DNA of 64,000 nt from Myxococcota bacterium (GCA_039028615.1 JBCCHT010000034.1:32001-96000); one strand, 5' to 3'; counted from the stretch's first letter, positions 12,893 through 23,384 are shown. Notes: generated from the letters alone by a model not told the origin. Made by a program: numbers and translations.

Positions 12893-14503
12893 TCAGGACG
12901 GCTGCGTCGACAGCTCGCCGTTGCGTCGACTCGCCCACGAGTCGAGCGCGGCCTGCCACGCGACGGGGTCGTCGTACACGTGCGACTTGCCGCCCAGCGC
13001 CACTGCGGCCAAGGACACCGCCATCCCCACCTTGCGCGGGCTCTTGAGCATGTGCACCGACTCGATGCAGCCGCTGTGGTCCTTGAGGCAGCGCAGGCTC
13101 GCGTCGCGGACATCCGAGGGGTAGGTCTCGATCGCGGCGAGGTGCCAGAACAAATGGATGGGGCGATTGCGCTCGAGCAGGATGCCGAGCTGCGAGTCGA
13201 ACAGCCACGCCGCCGGCGAGGCCACCGTGCCGCTCATGTGCACCACCACCACGTCGGAGGCCACGCGAGCCAGCTCGACGAAGCCCTCGGCGCCGCCCCA
13301 GCTGACGCGATCGACCACCCGTCGATCCTCGAGCACGTCGCTATAGGCCTGGGTGGAGACCAAGCCCCGCGCGCCGGTCACGACGCTGGCGATGGGCAGG
13401 GTCGCGCCAGAGATTGAAGGCACCGCGGCGGTGTTCGCCGTGTCGGCGACTGGATCGGGCGTGACCACGGGCTCCGCCTCGGCCGCGACGGGTGAGTCAT
13501 CGGCGGGAGGCAGCTCTACCTGCGGAGAGTCGACCACCGTGTCGGGAATGTCGGTGCGCAGTTCTTGCGAGGGCTGGTCGGTGTGCTCGCTCGGCACCGG
13601 CTCGGCCGGACGCGGGCGCAGAGGGATGGGCGCGATACCGCCTCGACCAATGCCATTGAGCGCGACGACGAAGTCGAGGATCGAGCTGAAGCGCCGCTCC
13701 GGGTCCCGCTCGACCGCCCGATGCACGACCGTCTCGATCTCGTAGAGCAGCTCCTCCTCGAGGTCGAGCGCGCCCAACGAACGCGGCGGCGAGTACAACG
13801 CGTTGTGAATCATCTCGGGGACGGAGTCGCCCTCGTAGGGCACGGTGCCCGTCAGCAAGTAGAAGCCGGTACACCCGAGCCCGTAGATGTCGCCGCGCAC
13901 GTCGGTGGGTTTGCCCCGCAGCTGCTCGGGACTCATGAAGCCGGGGCTGCCCAACATCTGCCCTTCACCGGTCAAGTGCTGCACCGTGGTCGAGTGCACG
14001 AGGTTCTGCTTGGCGATGCCGAAGTCGAAGAGTTTGCACCGGTCCGGTTGTCCCGGCGCGAGCATCACGTTCGATGGCTTGATGTCGCGATGCACGATCT
14101 TCAGGCCATGTGCGTGATCGAGTGCACCGCAGATTTGGAGCAGGATGACTTTGACTCGCTCCCACGGCAGCGGCCCACCGCGTTCGATGGCGGTGTGCAG
14201 CGGCTGCCCCTCGAGCAGCTCCATCGCGATGAACGGCATGCCCTCGCGGGTCTCACCGACCTCGAGGATGTCCACGATATGGCGGTGCTGCATCGTGCTC
14301 GCCAGTCGCCCCTCTCGAACGAAGCGCTGACGAACGTTGGTGTCGGTTTGCCACGACGGCAGCAACAGCTTGAGCGCAACATGGCGGCCCGTTCGTGACT
14401 GCACCGCTTCCCAAACTTCACCGATCCCGCCGCGCCCACGACAACCCACCAGTCGATAGCGATCGGCGACCTCCATGCCGACGAATGGGATGACAGCGCT
14501 CAT
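12893..14503 (-). CDS. Ser/Thr protein kinase with C-terminal STAS/SEC14-like domain
   Basis: GRGGIGEV, VALK, HRDIKPSN, DFG and SPE motifs; Pro-rich linker; alpha/beta C-terminal domain. Confidence 0.85.
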   Translation of the reverse strand: MSAVIPFVGMEVADRYRLVGCRGRGGIGEVWEAVQSRTGRHVALKLLLPSWQTDTNVRQRFVREGRLASTMQHRHIVDILEVGETREGMPFIAMELLEGQPLHTAIERGGPLPWERVKVILLQICGALDHAHGLKIVHRDIKPSNVMLAPGQPDRCKLFDFGIAKQNLVHSTTVQHLTGEGQMLGSPGFMSPEQLRGKPTDVRGDIYGLGCTGFYLLTGTVPYEGDSVPEMIHNALYSPPRSLGALDLEEELLYEIETVVHRAVERDPERRFSSILDFVVALNGIGRGGIAPIPLRPRPAEPVPSEHTDQPSQELRTDIPDTVVDSPQVELPPADDSPVAAEAEPVVTPDPVADTANTAAVPSISGATLPIASVVTGARGLVSTQAYSDVLEDRRVVDRVSWGGAEGFVELARVASDVVVVHMSGTVASPAAWLFDSQLGILLERNRPIHLFWHLAAIETYPSDVRDASLRCLKDHSGCIESVHMLKSPRKVGMAVSLAAVALGGKSHVYDDPVAWQAALDSWASRRNGELSTQPS

Positions 14504-14643
14504 GGCAGACGGCTCACGATCGAACTTTGTGCCATCGTACGCCAGCGGCCTGGTCGTCTCTCGTTGCAATCGACAGCTACCCCCACCCCTCGTTTCAGCG
14601 TCCCCCAATCCTGCCAAGGAAACAATGGGGTCCGCCCCTACGA

Positions 14644-14669
14644 TTCATACTCATTTCATTTCATTTCAG
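14644..14669. repeat. (TTCAT)n-like short tandem repeat in the kinase upstream region
   Basis: TTCATACTCATTTCATTTCATTTCAG in an AT-rich intergenic stretch. Confidence 0.55.
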
Positions 14670-14747
14670 TACGCAACGTAGTGCCCTCGTTGACGTTCGT
14701 GCCACTCTCGAATTTTCGGAGTGGCAAAACGGGCCACACCTTCGAGT

Positions 14748-15302
14748 TCATCCTGCTTCGAGCAGTGACTCGATCTCATTACGCAGAGTTGACGACATCA
14801 CGCGACCTTGGTGGATGTGTCGCACAACACCATCCCGACCGACGATGAGCGTATGGGGGATGGGGCCGACCCGAAAGCGCCGTGCCGCCGTGCCGTCGTC
14901 CAGTGCGGTGGGCAAGGTCATGCCGCGCTCAGAGGCAAATTGCCTCACCTTCGTGGCGGCCTGGGCCGGCGTCAGCCCACCGTCGTGGTTGACCGCCATG
15001 AACTGCACGTCGTCGTTCGAGTACTCGTGCTGCAGCTCGTCGAGGTCGCCCAACTCGCTGACACATGCACCGCACCACGTCGCCCAAAACGTGACGACGC
15101 TGACTTTGCCCTGGAGCTCGGCCTGGGTGAACGTGCCGCCGTCGAGGGTGAGCACCTCGAAGGTGGGCGCGGGACCCCCCGGCGGCAGCGGCCCCATGCG
15201 ACTCCAGCCGCTCACGCCTGCGACCAGCTCTCGGCCGACGCCGAGCAGCGCCACCCCGACCACCAGGGCGCCGACCACCATGCCTACGCCGGAACGACTC
15301 AT
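14748..15302 (-). CDS. TlpA/ResA-like thiol-disulfide oxidoreductase
   Basis: FWATWCGAC motif, cis-Pro IPHT, N-terminal membrane anchor. Confidence 0.9.
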   Translation of the reverse strand: MSRSGVGMVVGALVVGVALLGVGRELVAGVSGWSRMGPLPPGGPAPTFEVLTLDGGTFTQAELQGKVSVVTFWATWCGACVSELGDLDELQHEYSNDDVQFMAVNHDGGLTPAQAATKVRQFASERGMTLPTALDDGTAARRFRVGPIPHTLIVGRDGVVRHIHQGRVMSSTLRNEIESLLEAG

Positions 15303-15763
15303 GCCAGCTCCTTCTGCGGTTCGATCTCCGGTCGGACCCACCATGCGAGCAGGACGCTCACCAGGCCGCCGATGATCTCGGGCACGTAGGCCCGGATCGC
15401 GATCCCGTGGATCGCCAGCTCGTGGGCGAGGCTGGAGACCAGCACCATCGGCACGAGCAGGATTCCGCGGCGGTAGGCGCGGTCGCGGCCCAGCACCGTC
15501 TCGCACGCCACGAGCACGAGGATGGGCACCACCACCACGCGCCCGAGCGCGGCCAGCAACATCAGCAGGCCGTTGAGGTTGGTCGTGGCCAGCAGCGTCG
15601 CCAGCCCCTCCATGAGCTTGTAGGTGCCCACGCTCAGCAGGTAGAGGCCGCCCAGCCAGATGCCGTCGGCGGCTCCCTCGTCGACCTGCAGCGACCGCGC
15701 CGTCGTCCGTGGCTGGGTCAAGATGCCCCCGTAGCGCCACAACGCTCGCATCACCGAATTCAT
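15299..15763 (-). CDS. Hypothetical membrane protein
   Basis: About 4 hydrophobic segments; ATGA overlap with the TlpA gene. Confidence 0.6.
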   Translation of the reverse strand: MNSVMRALWRYGGILTQPRTTARSLQVDEGAADGIWLGGLYLLSVGTYKLMEGLATLLATTNLNGLLMLLAALGRVVVVPILVLVACETVLGRDRAYRRGILLVPMVLVSSLAHELAIHGIAIRAYVPEIIGGLVSVLLAWWVRPEIEPQKELA

Positions 15764-15812
15764 TGGCTCGCTCCCCGCGCCGACATATCCCCCGTGCTCG
15801 GCCCCGCTACGT

Positions 15813-17075
15813 TCAACGACGTCGTGCCATCCGACGTTTCGCTGCCTGGGCCAATGCCGACGGAATGTTCTTCGAATGCGCCACTTTGCGGACGTCGTGT
15901 GCGTGGAGGTGGCCGAGGAACGTCATCGCCGCCGCCATCGGCGTCTTGGGGTTGAGCACGAGATTCAGCTTGACCGCATAGAGCTTGGTCCAGTCGCGCC
16001 GCGTGGAGATGTAGCGAACGACGTCATGCGACAGGCTCCGGTTGGCGCAGTAGGTCACAACCTCGTTTTCCTTGATCCGCGGCGACTTGATGGCGCTCAT
16101 GCACACGGACTTGTTGCTGTCGCGGATGAGGACCCGGCGCTCGAAGGCGCTGCCGAGCAGGGCCAGGCGGATCTTCTGCATGGGCTCGAGGCGGGAAATC
16201 TGCGTCACCCGATCGCCCTTGACCTTGGTCGGGCCCTCTTTTTCGGCGAGGACTTCGGCGGGCTCCTCGCCCGTGCGGGCGGCCCGGTCGAGTGCCTCGT
16301 CGAGCCCGGCCAGGTCTTCGTCCGACTCCTCGGGCTCGGACTCCACCTCGATCTCGTCGATCTCGTCGTCGGCGGCGGCTTCGCGGACCTGCTCGATCAC
16401 CTGCTGCTGATCGTCGATCGATGCCCGCGCCAGCTGGCGGAACGCCTCGTCCCCGCCCTCGTCGACCTCGGGCGGCGCCGCCTCTTCGGCCTCGTCACCC
16501 TTGGCCTTGGACGCGATCGCCTGCTTGATCTCGTCCATGTTGGGCAGCTTGAGCTCGAGCTCCTGGCGCACGGCGAGCTCGAGCATGCGCTGGGCCACGC
16601 TCATCCGACAGTTCGGGTTCTGGTACAGCGCCTCGACGATGGCCGGGCAGCGCAGCCATCGGTCTTGGTTTTCGGCCAGCAGATCGCAGATGGGCTCGGG
16701 GCAGGTCTTGGACAGGCCGACCAGGGTCTCGTCGTGCACCGCCCGGTGCCGCACCACCGCCTCGAGCACCGTGACGTCGTGCGGTCGCTTGCGGCCGACG
16801 AAGTCCAACACCCCCGGGTGCAAGGTGGCGTCCCCCAGGGCGCCCGACAGGATCGGCATGGGCAATCCCTGGACCGTCTTGGCCGACAGCTCGGCCAGGT
16901 CGGGGGTATTGGTGACCCACAGCTGATACAGCGCCATCGCCAGGTCGCGCGGGGGCAACGGGGCGAGGCCACGGGCCACCATGCCTTGCAGCGGGGCCGG
17001 AGCATCGGGCGAGACGACCTTCCAAGCCGCGGGACCGAGCTGCGCTTCGGTCAGGGGAACATGTTCGAATGCCAT
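15813..17075 (-). CDS. Conserved hypothetical alpha-helical repeat protein
   Basis: 'LIRDSNK..SAIKSPRI..EV', 'YAVKLNLVLNPKTP'; directly downstream of coaX. Confidence 0.7.
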   Translation of the reverse strand: MAFEHVPLTEAQLGPAAWKVVSPDAPAPLQGMVARGLAPLPPRDLAMALYQLWVTNTPDLAELSAKTVQGLPMPILSGALGDATLHPGVLDFVGRKRPHDVTVLEAVVRHRAVHDETLVGLSKTCPEPICDLLAENQDRWLRCPAIVEALYQNPNCRMSVAQRMLELAVRQELELKLPNMDEIKQAIASKAKGDEAEEAAPPEVDEGGDEAFRQLARASIDDQQQVIEQVREAAADDEIDEIEVESEPEESDEDLAGLDEALDRAARTGEEPAEVLAEKEGPTKVKGDRVTQISRLEPMQKIRLALLGSAFERRVLIRDSNKSVCMSAIKSPRIKENEVVTYCANRSLSHDVVRYISTRRDWTKLYAVKLNLVLNPKTPMAAAMTFLGHLHAHDVRKVAHSKNIPSALAQAAKRRMARRR

Positions 17076-17087
17076 GGGGACGTTCTC

Positions 17088-17879
17088 CTAGCGATTGCGG
17101 AGGGAGGCAGAGTTGCGGAGGTGGATGAGGCGCAGGCCCTCGAGGACCAGCGCGTCGTCGACCACGTCCACCGCGTCGGAGTCTTCGGCGATGACCGCCG
17201 CGAAGCCCCCCGTCGCGACGACGCGGCACGGCCAGGTCAGCTCGTCGCGGATGCGACCGATGAGGCCCTCGACCAGGCCGACGTAGCCGTAGACGAGGCC
17301 GGACTGAATCGCCCCCACCGTGTTGCGCCCCACCACCTTCTCGGGTCGGCTGACGTCGACGCGGGGGAGCTTGGCCGCCCGGGAGAACAACGCATCGGCC
17401 GCAATCCCGATGCCGGGGGCGATCACGCCGCCGAGATACTCGGGCTTGGGCGAGACCACGTCGAAGGTGGTCGCCGTTCCAAAATCGACCACCACGATGC
17501 CGTGGTCTTTCTCTGCGTGGCGTTCGTGGGCCGCGACCGCGGTGACGATGCGGTCGGCCCCGACGTCTTGGGGCGGGTCGTAGCGGATGGGCATGCCCGT
17601 GCGGATGCCGGGGCCGACCACGACCGGCTCGATGCCCACGTAGCGGACCAGAGCCTGGTGCAGCGGTCCGAGCACGGGCGGCACCACGCACGCTACGATC
17701 GCGCTGTCGAGCCCGCTGAAATCGAGTTCAGCCAGGTTCAGGGCCTGGCGCAGACCCACCGCGAGTTCGTCTCGGGTCCAGCCCCTGCGGGTGGCGAGGC
17801 GTAGCTCGCAGCGCAGCGAATCACCCTCGAAGACGCCCACCGTGGTGTGCGAGTTGCCGACGTCGACGGCTAGAAGCAT
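17088..17879 (-). CDS. coaX: Type III pantothenate kinase
   Basis: LLAVDVGNS, VGADR, VVDFGTATT, GGVIAPG and ATGG motifs. Confidence 0.95.
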   Translation of the reverse strand: MLLAVDVGNSHTTVGVFEGDSLRCELRLATRRGWTRDELAVGLRQALNLAELDFSGLDSAIVACVVPPVLGPLHQALVRYVGIEPVVVGPGIRTGMPIRYDPPQDVGADRIVTAVAAHERHAEKDHGIVVVDFGTATTFDVVSPKPEYLGGVIAPGIGIAADALFSRAAKLPRVDVSRPEKVVGRNTVGAIQSGLVYGYVGLVEGLIGRIRDELTWPCRVVATGGFAAVIAEDSDAVDVVDDALVLEGLRLIHLRNSASLRNR

Positions 17880-18013
17880 GCGTAGCCGCAACTGTACCCT
17901 CGGGCCCCGGGCATCTGCTACCGTACGCGTCGGTGGCCGAACGCGACGATGGCGACCGATCGGGGCCCTCCACGGGCGGATCGGAGCGCTCGACGGCGGG
18001 ACCGGAGTCCTCC

Positions 18014-19774
18014 ATGAGCGCAGACAGCGAGGCGCCTGCGTCCTCACGTCCGGCGACCGACGTGCGCTACGGGGATCGAGCCGGAGCCTCGATGAGCAAT
18101 GCTGGGCAGCGCCGCGTCGTGGAACATGCGGGCCGGTACAACCAGCGCCGCATCACGCTGCCCGTCGCCAGCTGGTCGCTGCCCTTCCTCGCGATTCTCG
18201 CAATCGCCGCGCTGATCTTCCTCATCTCGTTCTGGCTCGACGTGCTCACGGCTGCGCTCGACGACCAGACCGGGGACGTCACCATGGCCGGCCTGTGGCG
18301 CTCGGTCCTGCACCAAGATCTCGAGCAGGCGCGCAACACCCTGGGCGGCCTCGGCGAGGTCATGGCCGCCGTGCTCGGCCTGGCCCTCACCGTCTCGAGC
18401 ATCATCGTCCAGCTCGCCGCCACTCGGTTCACGCCGCACATCACCTCGCTGTTCTTCCGCGCACGCACCAACCTGCTCGTCCTGGGCTTCTTCGTCACGT
18501 GCAACGTCTACGTGCTGTGGGTGAACTTCACGGTCGGCGAGTCCTACCTGCCGCACTGGGGCGTGCTGTTCTCCATGCTCCTGATGACGGCGAGCTTGCT
18601 GCTGCTGTTCCCCTACTTCGCCTACGTGTTCGACTTCCTCGATCCAGAGAAGATCGTGGGACGCATCATGGACGATGGCCTCGCCGCCGCGACCCCGATC
18701 AAGGGACGAGCCGCCGCCGCCATCGAGGCCCGCCAATTCCGCTCCGTCGCCGCCGTCGAGCACCTGGCCAACATCGGCCTCAACGCGCTCCAGCAAAAGG
18801 ACAAAGGCATCGCCTCCGACGCGGTCGACGCCCTGTGCGAGTTCGGGATCCGCTACGGCGAGACCAAGGCGGCCATGCGCCAGGACTGGCACCGCATCCC
18901 GCTGTGGAACCGCCAGAGCCCCGACTTCGTCAGCCTCTCCGAGCAGGCGGTGCGGGACCTGCGAAGGCGCACCACCTGGCTCGAGTGGAAGATCCTGCGG
19001 CAGTTCCAGATGCTCTTCGGCGAGGCGCTGGGGCAGATCAAGGACACCTGCTACCTGGTGGCGATCGACACCCGGCGGCTCGGTGAGGCCGCGGCCCACC
19101 GCGGCGACCTGCATGCCCTCGACCTGTCGATCAAGTTCTTCAACACCTACCTGCGCGCCACCATCAACGCGTCGGACATCCGCACCGCGTACAACATCCT
19201 GCACCAGTACCGACAGCTGGCCGAGCTCGTGCTCCAGCACGAGCCCGACGAGGTCCAGCCGGCCAGCGACGAGCGCATCGAGCAGCGCGCGCTGCAGATC
19301 GCCAAGTTCATGCGGTACTACAGCAACATCTGCTACCAGCGCGGGCTGACCTTCATCACCGAGGTCATCGCCCACGACGTGGGCACGCTGTGCAAGATCG
19401 CCTTCGAGCACGGCAACAACATCCACGACGAGCTGCTCGAGGTGTTCTTGGCCGTCGACGAGCACGCCGAGACCCACGAGCAGGAAAAGACGCTCCGCGG
19501 CGTGCGCCGAGCCCAGGTCAAGCTCGCCACCACGTACCTGGTGGAGGGCCGCGACGACCTCGCCCGCCGCATCGCGTTCGACATGGACGACGAGCCCAAG
19601 GAGCGCCTCAACGGGATCTGGACCGAGCTGCGCACCCTCGACACGGGCGAGTTCTGGGAGGTCAACGACCGCGGCTCGAACTTCGACTACCTGACGCCCA
19701 CGCAGAAGAGCAAGCTGCCCGAGTTCTTCGGCTGGTTCTCGGCGCTCGACTCGGACGTCGACGAAAACGACTGA
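18014..19774 (+). CDS. DUF2254-family membrane protein
   Basis: N-terminal TMs with 'VQLAATRFTP'; long helical cytoplasmic domain. Start uncertain. Confidence 0.7.
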   Translation: MSADSEAPASSRPATDVRYGDRAGASMSNAGQRRVVEHAGRYNQRRITLPVASWSLPFLAILAIAALIFLISFWLDVLTAALDDQTGDVTMAGLWRSVLHQDLEQARNTLGGLGEVMAAVLGLALTVSSIIVQLAATRFTPHITSLFFRARTNLLVLGFFVTCNVYVLWVNFTVGESYLPHWGVLFSMLLMTASLLLLFPYFAYVFDFLDPEKIVGRIMDDGLAAATPIKGRAAAAIEARQFRSVAAVEHLANIGLNALQQKDKGIASDAVDALCEFGIRYGETKAAMRQDWHRIPLWNRQSPDFVSLSEQAVRDLRRRTTWLEWKILRQFQMLFGEALGQIKDTCYLVAIDTRRLGEAAAHRGDLHALDLSIKFFNTYLRATINASDIRTAYNILHQYRQLAELVLQHEPDEVQPASDERIEQRALQIAKFMRYYSNICYQRGLTFITEVIAHDVGTLCKIAFEHGNNIHDELLEVFLAVDEHAETHEQEKTLRGVRRAQVKLATTYLVEGRDDLARRIAFDMDDEPKERLNGIWTELRTLDTGEFWEVNDRGSNFDYLTPTQKSKLPEFFGWFSALDSDVDEND

Positions 19775-19794
19775 GCCCGCCAAGAGGCGGGCTC
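19773..19794 (+). terminator. Hairpin at gene end
   Basis: GAGCCCGCC-AAGA-GGCGGGCTC perfect 9-bp stem. Confidence 0.5.
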
Positions 19795-19820
19795 GAGAAG
19801 TGTGGAAGGGACGTCGCGGC

Positions 19821-20315
19821 TCAGCGAGGCCGGGTCGCGAAGTCGGACTCTCGCCGCGACGGACGCACGGGGCCCGTGGACCCCTGCAACCAACTGCGCT
19901 CGAGATAGGGACCCAACGCGCTCGACATGCGGGCGCGACTGCCCAGACGATCGAGGAAGCCCAACATGCCGTCGAGGTCCTCGACCTCGAAACACCCGGC
20001 TTCCACACCACCCCACTTCAACGCCGTCGCCACCCGCTGACCGGTGGTCGAACCCGAGAGCAACGCCACCTTCAAGGGTAGCTCTTGGCGCTCGTTGAGT
20101 TCGCACAGGTCATAGCGATGACTGACATTGGGGGGAGAGTCCCCCGGTGCGATGACGATGCAGGGCAGCTCGCGAGCACTCCGGGCCTCGCGTAGACACC
20201 TGCCCCAGTCGAAGTCGTCGATGGTCTCCGCTCGATGGACGATCACGAACACGTCATCGACGAATCCAAAGGAGATGGTCGCCAGATCCTCCACGTCTTT
20301 TGGTTTATTGGGCAC
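19821..20315 (-). CDS. Hypothetical STAS/SEC14-like protein
   Basis: Alternating beta/alpha pattern; 'VALLSGSTTGQRVATALKW' resembles myxobacterial STAS/SEC14-like proteins. Confidence 0.45.
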   Translation of the reverse strand: MPNKPKDVEDLATISFGFVDDVFVIVHRAETIDDFDWGRCLREARSARELPCIVIAPGDSPPNVSHRYDLCELNERQELPLKVALLSGSTTGQRVATALKWGGVEAGCFEVEDLDGMLGFLDRLGSRARMSSALGPYLERSWLQGSTGPVRPSRRESDFATRPR

Positions 20316-20666
20316 GACTCACGCCTGCAACCGCCGTTCTGGCCCTGTTTAGGCACCATGCGCGGACCCTAAGATCGATCACCACAAAGGCGGTCCACAA
20401 CGGGTCCGCAATTTCTGCGCTCGATTCCTTCGCGGACGCCACGGAGATCGGTGGGCCCAACTGGATTCGACTGATGAACCCATCGAGATGATCAACATGG
20501 AAGACGGGCTACAAGGATGATCGGTGAAATAACGGTCAACAACGCTCGGGTTCGGTAGCGCCTCGGCCGCAACGATGGCGCTCGCCAAAACGCGCTCGAT
20601 CGATCGGCAGGACGACGAGCGATCCGTCGTGGATTCGCTGACGCGACGCCGTCGCGACCGCGAGGC

Positions 20667-21944
20667 TCAGCGGCGGCGATCGAAGCGCCCGACGTCGACG
20701 TTGAGTCCGAGGTACGGACCGGTCAGCGTGTAGTCGTTGGGCTCGCGCCAGGCCTCGCGCGTCACGAAGCGGTAGCCCGCGGCCATGCTGACCCGCGCCC
20801 AATCGGTGACGCGGAAGCCGACCTCGATGCCCGGCTCGAGACTCACCAAGCCGACCTTGTCGAGGCAGTGCGCTCGCCCGAAGGATCGCTTGTCCTTGGA
20901 GATGCAGGCCGCGCCCGCGCCCGCCAGGTGCTCGAGCGCCACGTGGACCACTCGCCCCTGGTAGAGGTTCCACGCCAGCAGCACCCCGCCGTAGGCCATG
21001 CGCAGGCCGAGCTCGCGACCGTTGCCGTCGACGATGGGCCCCGCGTAGCGAGCCGTCAGCGAGTAGAAGGCACCACCGATCGTCAGGCGATCGGCGAAGG
21101 TGAAGCCCACCCGAGCGCCCATGAGCGCGCTGGGGTTGTAGTTGGTGGTCGTCGCTCGCCCCGACCAACCGATGAAGCTCCGCACGGAGTGGTCGCGGTG
21201 GTGATGAGCATGATGGTGATGATGAGCCCGTCGCGGCGCCTCGACGCGCCGATAGACCGTGGTCACCACCACCGTCGACTGGGCCCGAGCATCACGCGAG
21301 TCGGCGGACGCGTCTTGCCCGTCTTCGTCGTCGCCCAGCATGTCGCGAGCCGTCGCGAGCACGACATCGCCGTCGGGCGAGCGCCCGGCGCTGCCCGGGG
21401 GAATTGGCGTCCCTGCGGGTGCAGGCGTGGCCAGACCCGCGGGCGGAGCCCCTCCCGGAGGAAGCGGAGCACTCCCGGGGGGCAGCGCAGCGCCGGCTCC
21501 GGGCGGCAGGGCAGCACCGCCACCGCCACCACCCGCGCCTCCTCCCGGCGGAGGCGGAGTCACGAGCCCGGCCGGCGGAGCACCACCCGGGGGCATCGGA
21601 GCACCACCGCCGGCTCCTCCGCCCGATGGCGGCGTACCGCCCGGAGGCGGCGTCACCAGACCCGACGGCGGAGCGCCTCCCGGAGGCGTCGCGGGATTCA
21701 GTGCCCCGGGTGCCGGAGCAGGAGCGGGAGCCGTGACCGTCGGCGCGGGCCCAGGTGCGGGGGCAGGCGCGAGCACGGTGCCCGACTCGTCGTCGTCTTC
21801 GTCCTTCGATTCGGACGGAGGCCCGGCAGGTCGAGGCGCGAGGGCTCCGGGATCGGGCGCGACGACGTTGCCGCTGACGGAGCCCGCCAGCATCAGCATC
21901 ATCAAGACTCCCGAACTAGAAAAGACCACGACCTCAGCAAACAT
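20667..21944 (-). CDS. Pro/Gly-rich protein with C-terminal outer-membrane beta-barrel
   Basis: Signal-like N-terminus, PPGGAPP repeats, His-rich patch, amphipathic beta strands. Confidence 0.6.
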   Translation of the reverse strand: MFAEVVVFSSSGVLMMLMLAGSVSGNVVAPDPGALAPRPAGPPSESKDEDDDESGTVLAPAPAPGPAPTVTAPAPAPAPGALNPATPPGGAPPSGLVTPPPGGTPPSGGGAGGGAPMPPGGAPPAGLVTPPPPGGGAGGGGGGAALPPGAGAALPPGSAPLPPGGAPPAGLATPAPAGTPIPPGSAGRSPDGDVVLATARDMLGDDEDGQDASADSRDARAQSTVVVTTVYRRVEAPRRAHHHHHAHHHRDHSVRSFIGWSGRATTTNYNPSALMGARVGFTFADRLTIGGAFYSLTARYAGPIVDGNGRELGLRMAYGGVLLAWNLYQGRVVHVALEHLAGAGAACISKDKRSFGRAHCLDKVGLVSLEPGIEVGFRVTDWARVSMAAGYRFVTREAWREPNDYTLTGPYLGLNVDVGRFDRRR

Positions 21945-22053
21945 TTTGCCGGAACGCGCGGGCTTCGACTACCCACTGTCGACGACCAAGGGATGAAATC
22001 ACGGCGTCCGTAGCGGCGCACCGACGCACCGACGCGGCGTCGAGCGACGACGC

Positions 22054-22560
22054 TCAGGCGTCGTCGTCGCCTGCACTGGGGAGCACGACGGCATCGAGCC
22101 CGACGATCGAATCGCCCACCGCCACCTCGAACAGCCCCGCGGGCAGCCAAAGCACGGCGTCGACGTCGGGGCCGGTCGCCCCGTACACCGGACACGCGTC
22201 GCAGGCTTGGGCACACGGTGCGCGCTCGAGCTCGACGGCGACGACGGTGGACTCGCGCACGAACACGAGGTCGACGGCGAGCTGCACGTCGCACAGCGTG
22301 ATGGCGGCGGGCCCGACCGCATCGGGCACCCACAGCAAGCCCTCGAGGTCGCAGGTTCGGCCGGCCCACGCGGTGGCACGCTGCTCCTCGGTCGTCGCCA
22401 GCTCGGCGGAGATCTCCGAGTCGGCCACCGTCAGCTCGACCCGGTTGCCTGCGCTCAGGTTGGGATCGGACTCCAAGCAGGCCAGCAGCGACGGCTCTCC
22501 GCACCCAAACAGCGCGAATACGCCCCAAAGCCCTCCAATTGCCGAACTCGGGCCGTGCAC
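22054..22560 (-). CDS. DUF192-domain lipoprotein
   Basis: 'AELATTEEQR', 'AVDLVFV', 'CPVY', 'VLWLPAG..VGD'; LFGC lipobox. Confidence 0.65.
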   Translation of the reverse strand: MHGPSSAIGGLWGVFALFGCGEPSLLACLESDPNLSAGNRVELTVADSEISAELATTEEQRATAWAGRTCDLEGLLWVPDAVGPAAITLCDVQLAVDLVFVRESTVVAVELERAPCAQACDACPVYGATGPDVDAVLWLPAGLFEVAVGDSIVGLDAVVLPSAGDDDA

Positions 22561-22796
22561 GGACCCGAGCGTAGCATTGAGCGCAGAGCCCGCAATGTAG
22601 GTCGGGTGCGCTCTGTATGCTCCATGACGTTCACTTCATCGAAAACAATAAAAACGAACTTCAGTCGGAAAGAGCCCCACAAGGGGTGTCTGAGGATCGG
22701 GACATTGAGGCAAGGCCGTAGTCTCGTTCGCCGGGGGGGTGAACGGGACTGCGGCCTTCATTTTTGGTTCGACCCGAGGGGCGAACTCCGAGCGTC

Positions 22797-23384
22797 TCAC
22801 TTCTTCTTGTTGAGATACCCGGTGAAGCGCAGGCCGAACAGCCAGGCCTGGCCGAGGCGGCCGTCGGTGCGGATACGGGCGTCGTAGTTGGCCCCGAGCG
22901 CCATGCCCACGCGCTCGAAGAGCCGGAATTCGTAGCCGAGGCCCGCCGCACCGCCGATCGCGGGCGACATCGGGACCGAGGCGAGCGAGGGCACGTGGCT
23001 GCTCACTCCGACCGCCCCCAGCAGATAAAAGCCCTTGCCGAAGAACCGGCGGCCCACGAGGTCGGCGTTGAAGCTGCCCTTGTCCAGGGCCAGGTACGAC
23101 GTCCCGCCCACCGCCAGGCCCAGGGTGAAGCGATCGGTGATGCCTCCGCCGACCTCGAACTGGCTGCGCACGGCGGGCACGAAGGTCTGCGAGATCGCGA
23201 CCGTGCCCATCTGCACCGAGCCGCTGACGTTGATCCCCTTGCGGGGCTTCGTCTCGAGCTTGCCGATCAGCTTGGTGCGCTCGGCCTTGCCCCCGGCGAG
23301 CTGGAGACCGGCCGCCTGGGCCGAACACGGCACCAGCACGCACAACAGAGCAACAATGGAGAGTAAGAGGTAAGGCCGTCGCAT
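22797..23384 (-). CDS. Small outer-membrane beta-barrel protein
   Basis: Signal peptide ending AQA; 'GLGYEF' and 'FGLRFTGY' strands. Confidence 0.65.
   Translation of the reverse strand: MRRPYLLLSIVALLCVLVPCSAQAAGLQLAGGKAERTKLIGKLETKPRKGINVSGSVQMGTVAISQTFVPAVRSQFEVGGGITDRFTLGLAVGGTSYLALDKGSFNADLVGRRFFGKGFYLLGAVGVSSHVPSLASVPMSPAIGGAAGLGYEFRLFERVGMALGANYDARIRTDGRLGQAWLFGLRFTGYLNKKK

Noticed and set aside
20471..20529. Hammerhead-like core CTGATGA-ACC...GGT-GAAA
   Set aside because: Stem II is plausible, but no convincing stems I/III or NUH cleavage site could be formed.
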